A stretch of 64,000 bases of DNA, taken from Reclinomonas americana ATCC 50394. Taxonomy: Eukaryota. Below are positions 59,082 through 64,000 of the stretch, in pieces. A program made the position numbers and the translations under genes. How positions within the stretch are numbered: the first letter of the stretch is position 1; each line of letters starts with the position of its first letter. The DNA is taken from assembly GCA_048213135.1 (NCBI GenBank), contig PS015010.1, positions 1,798,001 through 1,862,000 on the forward strand, read 5' to 3'. A model generated the notes under the pieces. It had not been told where the DNA came from. It was given only the letters and a program-made list of their open reading frames with translations, and searched no databases.

Positions 59082-59951
59082 TTATTGGTAACCGTATTCC
59101 CTTAACTGGAGATCGTTATCCCTCCACTTGGGGCGTACTTTTACAAACAGTTCAAGAAATACTTTACTTCCCAGGAACTCTTCGATATCCTTGCGGGCTT
59201 CGGTGCCCAGTTTTTTGATCATACTGCCACCTTCGCCAAGTATAATACCTTTCTGTGTCTCTCTTTGCACGATGATGTCGGCCCGGATCTTGATCAGTGT
59301 CGTCTTCTCTTTAAACTCCTGCACCAGCACGGTGGCGTGGTAAGGTATTTCATCTCCGTACAACAGGAATATTTTTTCCCTGATCAGTTCACCCACAAAG
59401 AATTTGGTAGGCATATCACTCAGGTCGTCGCCTTCATAAAAAGGCATTCCTTCCGGCAGGTAATGCAATATGCGCTGCAACAATTCATCTACGCCCTGCT
59501 TCTTCAATGCCGATATAACCTGTACTTCTTTGCAGTACGACTGGGTGGCGAAGAAATCAGCTGCTGCTTTTACTGTTTCCGGTTTAACCGTGTCTGCCTT
59601 ATTCAGCACCACAAGAGCAGGCGCTTTGAGTTTCAGCGCGGAAAAGATAGCATGGCTTTCTTCCGGCGATTCTTTAGCGTCAGCGATGAGCAGGGCCACG
59701 TCGGCGTCCTCCAGACTTCCTTTAACCGCCTGCATCATTTTTTCATGCAGTTTGTACCGGGGTTCGATAATACCCGGCGTATCGGAAAAAATAACCTGGT
59801 AATCGTCGCTGGTAAGGATCGCTTTGATGCGATGCCTGGTGGTTTGCACTTTATGCGATACAATAGCCATCTTCTCACCCATGAGGGCATTGAGCAGGGT
59901 GCTTTTACCCGCGTTGGGTTTACCGAATATGTTGACAAAGCCTGATTTCAT
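59082..59951 (-). CDS. era: GTPase Era
   Basis: GKPNAGKSTL, QTTR, DTPG, EIPY, KH domain; start MKSGF at 59951. Confidence 0.98.
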   Translation of the reverse strand: MKSGFVNIFGKPNAGKSTLLNALMGEKMAIVSHKVQTTRHRIKAILTSDDYQVIFSDTPGIIEPRYKLHEKMMQAVKGSLEDADVALLIADAKESPEESHAIFSALKLKAPALVVLNKADTVKPETVKAAADFFATQSYCKEVQVISALKKQGVDELLQRILHYLPEGMPFYEGDDLSDMPTKFFVGELIREKIFLLYGDEIPYHATVLVQEFKEKTTLIKIRADIIVQRETQKGIILGEGGSMIKKLGTEARKDIEEFLGSKVFLELFVKVRPKWRDNDLQLREYGYQ

Positions 59952-60058
59952 GAGCCTTTGGTTTGCGTTATGATGAACAGGGTTGATTACCACGCAATGG
60001 CCCGGGGGATGAAGGAGGTAATCAGTTCAGGTTTTCTGCCTGAAAAATGTTTTTGTTT

Positions 60059-60158
60059 CACAGAGTTACACAGAGGGCTTTCCTGAGTTACATGGAGATC
60101 AGCTTTCTGTAATAGTCTCTCTGTGCTTCTCTGTGAAAAAACTCAGTGAGACTCTGTG
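60059..60158. repeat. CACAGAG / CTCTGTG inverted repeats with about 10-nt period
   Basis: CACAGAG at 60059 and 60069; CTCTGTG at 60119, 60129 and 60152. Confidence 0.7.
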
Positions 60159-60200
60159 AAAACCCTAAAAAATAAAAGGCTCTCGCGAGCCCTTTGCTTG

Positions 60201-60225
60201 TTGCGAAGACTGGGATCGAACCAGT

Positions 60226-60263
<38 letters not shown>

Positions 60264-60272
60264 TACTTCGCG
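60201..60272 (-). tRNA. Initiator tRNA-fMet (CAT), CCA not encoded
   Basis: Cloverleaf; C1:A72 mismatch, three G-C pairs closing the anticodon loop CTCATAA, TTCGA T-loop. Confidence 0.96.
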
Positions 60273-60275
60273 ATG

Positions 60276-60283
60276 CAAAGTTA
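60276..60283 (-). promoter_or_regulatory. -7 promoter box of tRNA-fMet
   Basis: TAACTTTG 3 nt upstream of tRNA base 1. Confidence 0.7.
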
Positions 60284-60337
60284 ATCATTTACGCCATTAC
60301 ACCCAAATTTTAATACTTTTATATGCACAAGCTCATT

Positions 60338-61195
60338 ATGAAAAGAATCTGCCTCATCGCCCTCATTGCCCTGCCGGCGCTGGTTTCAGCCCCCGGGTGC
60401 AAAAGCAAAATAAAAGAACAAAAAGACGATATCTACAGCCGTCACCTGCAAAGACATGTAGAACTCAACATCATCAGCACACCAATCCCCGATGATAAAT
60501 CAGAGATGAACCTGCTTATACTGAACGACGGGCAGGACATGGGCCAATTCAGGATAAAACAGGTTACAGACAGCCTGTACCGGAAAAAACTGATCCGTCC
60601 CCTGCTCATTGTAGGCGCAAAAGCCAGCGACAGGATGAAGGAATACGGGGTAGCCGGGCACCCTGATGTGCAAGGCAACGGAGATAAGGCGGACCATTAT
60701 GCCGATTTCATCAGCAACGAATTGTATGCTTTCTGCAAAAAGAAAACAGGCGTTCGTAAGTTCAGATCGGTGGTAATAGCAGGTTGTTCACTGGGCGGGC
60801 TCTCCGCATTTGACATCGCCTGGAACCATGCCGACAAGATCGATAAAGTGGGTGTGTTCTCCGGCTCCTTCTGGTGGCGGGATAAAGAAGCTACTGACTC
60901 TTCCTACAATGATGATAAAAATCGCATCATCATCAGCGAGATCCGTTCTTCCCGAAAAAAACCGCAATTGCAATACTGGTTCTATGCCGGCGACAAGGAA
61001 GAGGAAGGCGACAGGGACAAAGACGGAATAATTGATGTGGTGGATGATACGCAGGATCTTATCCATCTCCTTAAAACAAAACAGGTACCCGGTGCGGCAC
61101 AGGCAACTTTTATCCGTTCCGCTACCGGCAAACACGATTATCCTTCCTGGAGTGCGGCGCTGCCGGGGTTTTTGGTTTGGGCATTTGGAAGATAA
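60338..61195 (+). CDS. Exported alpha/beta hydrolase (putative esterase family)
   Basis: LNDGQD, GCSLGG nucleophile elbow, SGSFWW, GKH. Confidence 0.85.
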   Translation: MKRICLIALIALPALVSAPGCKSKIKEQKDDIYSRHLQRHVELNIISTPIPDDKSEMNLLILNDGQDMGQFRIKQVTDSLYRKKLIRPLLIVGAKASDRMKEYGVAGHPDVQGNGDKADHYADFISNELYAFCKKKTGVRKFRSVVIAGCSLGGLSAFDIAWNHADKIDKVGVFSGSFWWRDKEATDSSYNDDKNRIIISEIRSSRKKPQLQYWFYAGDKEEEGDRDKDGIIDVVDDTQDLIHLLKTKQVPGAAQATFIRSATGKHDYPSWSAALPGFLVWAFGR

Positions 61196-61282
61196 TTACG
61201 AATTATGAGTTGGTAATAACAAGGCAGGCTCTGTTAGTTTAGCATTTTGAATTTTTACTTTTGAATCTTCACTTTTACTTCA

Positions 61283-61315
61283 TAAAAAACGGGAACACAC
61301 CTTAAGCATGTCCCC
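61283..61315 (-). terminator. Probable terminator
   Basis: CGGGAACA/TGTCCCCG stem with T-run. Confidence 0.5.
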
Positions 61316-61337
61316 GCATCAATAAACTTCATATTAA

Positions 61338-62051
61338 TCAATCCCGCCTGGCGATCGTACTTGCACCACTGCTGTGAACATCCTTTATCAGCGCCGATCC
61401 TTTATAGAAGATATCGCTGGCACCGCTGGCATGAGCACTCAGTTGTTTGTTCACGGTAATGTTGATGTCGGAAGCGCCCGAAGCTTTGGCACTGCATACA
61501 TCAGCCACCAGGTCGTAACCTTTTACATCGCTGGCGCCACTGCTTTCAATGCTAACGGTACCCGCTGTTCCGCTGATGCGTACATCGGAAGCACCGCTGA
61601 GTTCCATCTGCAGGTTGTCGATCTCCACTTTACCTTTAAAGTCGGAAGCGCCGGAAAGATTCAGCGTAAGCGAAGGCATGGTGAGTTTGCCTGTTGCCAG
61701 TATATCGCTGGCACCGCTGGCTTCCAGTACACTGATCGTTTTAAAGGAAAGGTATACTTTCAGCTTTTTCCGGCCGGAGTTCCAGTTCTTATCTCCTTCG
61801 TAATAAATACGCAGGGTACTGCCTTCCAGTACGGTCTTGATGTTGTCTTTATACTTTTCTTCCGAAGCGCTTACAGCCATGGCCTCTTCGCCGGACTGGG
61901 AAAGATAAAGATCAATACCGCCCGATACTTTAATGGCATTGAATGTTCCCGGGATCGGTCTCACGCTTGCATTCGCGTCCACCACCAGGTCTTTCTGCCC
62001 GAATGCGGCACCGGTAAAGGCGAGGAATACAAGAAACAATAACTTTTTCAT
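61338..62051 (-). CDS. DUF2807 (head GIN) domain protein
   Basis: FNAIKVSGGIDLYLSQ; repeated SGASD. Confidence 0.85.
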   Translation of the reverse strand: MKKLLFLVFLAFTGAAFGQKDLVVDANASVRPIPGTFNAIKVSGGIDLYLSQSGEEAMAVSASEEKYKDNIKTVLEGSTLRIYYEGDKNWNSGRKKLKVYLSFKTISVLEASGASDILATGKLTMPSLTLNLSGASDFKGKVEIDNLQMELSGASDVRISGTAGTVSIESSGASDVKGYDLVADVCSAKASGASDINITVNKQLSAHASGASDIFYKGSALIKDVHSSGASTIARRD

Positions 62052-62083
62052 TTTGCTTTATTGGGTTTATAGTTGGTCGTATA

Positions 62084-62806
62084 TCAGGATGCTCTTTTTA
62101 CAGAGCCACCGCTGCTGATGTTCACGTCCCTGATCAGCGCGGCACCCTTATAATGAATATCGCCACCGCTGCTGGCTTTGGCTGTCAGTTCTTTATTGAT
62201 GGTGATGCTTACCGATCCGCCGCTGCTGGCTTTGGCATCGCAGTAATCCACCGACAAGTTATAGCTTTTGAAAATAGCACCGCTGCTTACCTCTACCTGT
62301 AGTTTTTCCGCAACACCGGTTACCTTCACTACGGAACCGCTGTTCTGGTCCAGGCTGATGGTTTTACCCGATACCTGTCCTTCAAATACCGCACCGCTGC
62401 TGAATTTCATTTCCAGGTCGCTGGCTTTGAACTCACCTTTGATCTCGGTACGTGAACCGGCAGAACCCTGCAGCTTCGCCAGTGTTTTAAAAGAAACATA
62501 GGCTTTCAGTTTGCGTTTTTCACCGTTGGTCCAGGTAACGCCGTTATTGTCGTAATACAGTTTTAATGTTCCATCCACAATCTCGGTCTTGAAACGCGAC
62601 ATGTACTTTTCATCGCTGGCGCTTACCGCCAGGGATTCGGTACCCGACTGGGTAAGGTACAGATCAATTCCACTGGATACGCTGATGCCCGTAAAGCTGC
62701 CGCTCAGCGTGCGGGTTACGGCATTGGGATCGGAAATAACCTCCCCTTCCTGTGCGAAAACCGACAGGGAAACGAGGCAAACGAGGGATAACAATAGTTT
62801 TTTCAT
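62084..62806 (-). CDS. DUF2807 (head GIN) domain protein, tandem paralog
   Basis: FTGISVSSGIDLYLTQ; repeated SSG. Confidence 0.85.
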   Translation of the reverse strand: MKKLLLSLVCLVSLSVFAQEGEVISDPNAVTRTLSGSFTGISVSSGIDLYLTQSGTESLAVSASDEKYMSRFKTEIVDGTLKLYYDNNGVTWTNGEKRKLKAYVSFKTLAKLQGSAGSRTEIKGEFKASDLEMKFSSGAVFEGQVSGKTISLDQNSGSVVKVTGVAEKLQVEVSSGAIFKSYNLSVDYCDAKASSGGSVSITINKELTAKASSGGDIHYKGAALIRDVNISSGGSVKRAS

Positions 62807-62952
62807 CCTTTAAAATTTAGGTTTTAATGAAGAGAACATTCCTGCAACAGGCAGATAACCAGGCCGCTAAACCGGCAGACACCTTTTCCCGGCAAAAAAT
62901 GTTCCATGGCTATACCTTATTGGTACGCATACCCGGACTGTTTTGTTACAGT

Positions 62953-62984
62953 TTTGAGAAAATTCTTTCAAAAGCCTACCTTTG
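62953..62984 (+). promoter_or_regulatory. Bacteroidota -33/-7 promoter
   Basis: TTTG-N20-TACCTTTG. Confidence 0.75.
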
Positions 62985-63011
62985 TGGGGTAAACGTTCTT
63001 TTTAACCGTCT

Positions 63012-63100
63012 GAATTTCCGGGGTGCTTTCCGATAGAATCGGGAGGCTGAGATCATACCCGACAACCTGCACAGGGTAATGCCTGCGAAGGGAGCAAATC
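63012..63100 (+). ncRNA. TPP riboswitch
   Basis: GGGGTGC..GCTGAGA..ATACCC..AACCTG..GGTAATGCCTGCGAAGGGA consensus upstream of a thiamine-type receptor. Confidence 0.93.
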
Positions 63101-63175
63101 CCCAGTCTGATCCAGACAGAGGGGTAAATACAGTACCTGTATTATCGAAACGGATTTCAGCGCAACTATTTTTAA

Positions 63176-64000
63176 ATGAAAAAGTTATTCCTGTATGCAC
63201 TCCTGTGCGTACCGCCCGCTGCCTTGTATGCGCAAAAAGACAAAAAATTCAACGACACCACTTTCCTTCAACCGGTAGAAGTACTGGCCACCAGGGCCTC
63301 GGAAAAAGCACCCTTTGCCAAGACCGATCTTACCAAAAAAGAGATCGTCCGCAACAACCTGGGCCAGGACCTGCCTTTTCTGCTGAACCAGACCGCCGGT
63401 GTGGTGGTGAATTCCGATGCCGGTAATGGCGTAGGGTACACGGGCATCCGCATACGCGGTACCGACGCCACCCGTGTCAATGTTACACTCAACGGCATTC
63501 CGTATAACGATGCTGAAAGCCAGGGCACCTTCTTCGTTGACCTGCCCGACATCGCCTCTTCCACCGCCGGTATCCAGGTACAGCGTGGCGTAGGCACCTC
63601 TTCCAACGGGGCCGGTGCTTTTGGCGGTACCATCAACCTGTTCACCAACGAGATCAACCGCCAGAAATACCTGGAGTTCAACAACAGCTTCGGTTCTTTC
63701 AATACGTTGAAAAATACGCTGAAGCTGGGCAGTGGCATCATTGGCAAACACTTCACCATCGATGGCAGGCTGAGCCACATCAGCAGTGATGGCTACATCG
63801 ACAGGGCCAGTTCGAAGCTCCGCTCCTGCTATGTGAGCACAGCTTATGTATCGGAAAAAAATTCCCTGCGGCTGAACATTTTTTCAGGAAAGGAAAAAAC
63901 CTACCAGGCCTGGAATGGTGTGCCGGAAAGTATGCTGAGTACGCACCGCACTTATAACCCCAGCGGTACCGAGCGCCCGGGTGAGCCTTACGATAATGAA
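63176..64000 (+). CDS. TonB-dependent receptor, probably thiamine uptake; 3'-truncated
   Basis: Manual translation MKKLFLYALL..NNLGQDLPFLL..SDAGNGVGYTGIRIRGTD..RVNVTLNGIP; TPP riboswitch upstream. Confidence 0.9.
   Translation, partial: MKKLFLYALLCVPPAALYAQKDKKFNDTTFLQPVEVLATRASEKAPFAKTDLTKKEIVRNNLGQDLPFLLNQTAGVVVNSDAGNGVGYTGIRIRGTDATRVNVTLNGIPYNDAESQGTFFVDLPDIASSTAGIQVQRGVGTSSNGAGAFGGTINLFTNEINRQKYLEFNNSFGSFNTLKNTLKLGSGIIGKHFTIDGRLSHISSDGYIDRASSKLRSCYVSTAYVSEKNSLRLNIFSGKEKTYQAWNGVPESMLSTHRTYNPSGTERPGEPYDNE

Noticed and set aside
60059..60200. Integrated element at the tRNA 3' end
   Set aside because: No integrase and no duplicated tRNA 3' end found; era follows directly
60088..60495. Short ORFs over the tRNA
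   Set aside because: Explained by the tRNA-fMet gene and adjacent repeats
63079..63780. ORF-track calls at 63079, 63185 and 63268
   Set aside because: The real gene is the plus-strand TonB receptor from 63176, which lacks a stop inside the window

Overview
Bacteroidota chromosomal segment, most likely Chitinophagaceae-like (T9SS C-terminal domains, TAnnTTTG promoters, TonB receptors). It holds a CzcCBA-type RND efflux operon led by a small Pro-tailed ORF, then aroQ and carA. The infA-rpmJ-rpsM-rpsK-rpsD-rpoA-rplQ cluster is detached from secY and has long spacers carrying short-period repeats and candidate pseudoknot leaders. Next come a small orphan island at 16.3-18.6 kb, housekeeping genes (hmgA, rpe, phoH, crcB-ppa, era, der, initiator tRNA-Met) and an ECF sigma/anti-sigma-like pair. 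A 22-kb tandem array encodes five T9SS-secreted proteins. Three are paralogous beta-helix proteins with conserved ends and variable middles, and the largest has a duplicated ~90-nt element upstream. The window ends in a TPP riboswitch ahead of a truncated thiamine-type TonB receptor. No transposase, integrase, prophage or CRISPR array was seen. All calls come from reading the sequence; no searches were run.
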